A stretch of DNA of 17,809 nucleotides from Vulcanimicrobiaceae bacterium. Its GTDB lineage: Bacteria; Vulcanimicrobiota; Vulcanimicrobiia; Vulcanimicrobiales; Vulcanimicrobiaceae. Positions within the stretch are counted from its first letter, which is position 1. Each line of letters starts with the position of its first letter. The notes under the pieces were generated by a model that did not search any database, had not been told where the DNA came from, and saw only the letters and a program-made list of their open reading frames with translations. Below are positions 17,271 through 17,809 of this stretch, in pieces. Made by a program: the position numbers and the translations under genes. The stretch covers positions 6,378 through 24,186 of the forward strand of contig JBHEMM010000019.1 in assembly GCA_046262595.1 (NCBI GenBank). Reading direction: 5' to 3'.

Positions 17271-17582
17271 TCACCAGATGCCCAGGAGCACTTTCACGTC
17301 TTCGCTGGCCATCTCTTTCGGATCCCACGGCGGCGAAAACGTGATATCCACTTTGACGGTTTTTACACCGTCGATCGACTTCACGTTGTCCTCGACGGAT
17401 TGCTTGAAGAGCGGCCCGACGGGACACATCGGCGAGGTCAGCGTCATCACAACCGTCACGTGTTCTCCATTCTCACCTTCGGCGGTAATGTCGTAGACCA
17501 AACCGAGATCGAGGATCGGGATGTTCAGTTCGGGATCGCTGACGTTCTTGAGCGACTCGCGCACTTGTTCGACTGTCGGCAT
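17271..17582 (-). CDS. DUF59/SufT/PaaD-like metal-sulfur cluster assembly factor
   Basis: Start ATG 17582 after a GAGG Shine-Dalgarno. Motifs DPELNIPILDLGLVY, MTLTSPMCP and PPWDP. Confidence 0.93.
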   Translation of the reverse strand: MPTVEQVRESLKNVSDPELNIPILDLGLVYDITAEGENGEHVTVVMTLTSPMCPVGPLFKQSVEDNVKSIDGVKTVKVDITFSPPWDPKEMASEDVKVLLGIW

Positions 17583-17637
17583 TTCCTCGCGTCTTTCACA
17601 AGGCGCCCGCACGCGGCCTGCGAACCAGCAAGGTCAT

Positions 17638-17809
17638 ATGAAGCGCCTCTTCCTGATTGGAACACTCCTCGCGTGCGCGGCGTTGCCGCTTCCCGCGCCG
17701 GCGTCCGTTTCGGTGGCCGCCGGCGGGTATACGCAGAACGCGCCTTCCAAGACCGGCGGGGCGCTCATCTTCAGTACCGGCGCCTCGATACCGCAGGTGC
17801 CGCTGGAGG
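17638..17809 (+). CDS. Secreted hypothetical protein, N-terminal part (runs off the window)
   Basis: AAGG precedes the ATG. Signal peptide MKRLFLIGTLLACAALPLPAPA is followed by SVSVAAGGYTQNAPSKTGGALIFSTGASIPQVPLE, with no stop in the window. Confidence 0.75.
   Translation, partial: MKRLFLIGTLLACAALPLPAPASVSVAAGGYTQNAPSKTGGALIFSTGASIPQVPLE

Noticed and set aside
1..17809. CRISPR arrays, tRNA/rRNA, IS elements, cobalamin riboswitch
   Set aside because: No spaced repeats, transposase or integrase were seen, and intergenic gaps of at most 75 nt leave essentially no room for such RNAs.

Overview
GC-rich (about two-thirds GC by eye), very gene-dense bacterial chromosomal window. No rRNA, tRNA, CRISPR or mobile element is visible. 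It holds: (1) the end of a + strand peptidoglycan-recycling operon, anmK (partial) - BadF/BcrA-type amino-sugar kinase - murQ - DUF4127-like protein, converging on a membrane-anchored divergent polysaccharide deacetylase; (2) a coupled TrxB-like CxxC flavoprotein and NADPH-dependent FMN reductase; (3) a tightly coupled - strand operon, pccB - 74-aa ORF - fabI - 49-aa acyl-CoA carboxylase epsilon-like ORF (absent from the ORF track) - biotin carboxylase/BCCP - methylmalonyl-CoA mutase substrate-binding subunit - methylmalonyl-CoA epimerase; (4) a divergent 66-aa ORF coupled to a compact LptD-like outer-membrane protein; (5) a DHA2 MFS exporter and 2OG-Fe(II) oxygenase, a PaaI-type thioesterase, a DUF59/SufT protein and the start of a secreted protein. 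The organism appears to be a diderm, possibly Eremiobacterota-like (impression only). The most notable points are fabI and two hidden small proteins inside the propionyl-CoA/methylmalonyl-CoA operon, and DUF4127 coupled to murQ. All family calls come from motif recognition, not database searches.
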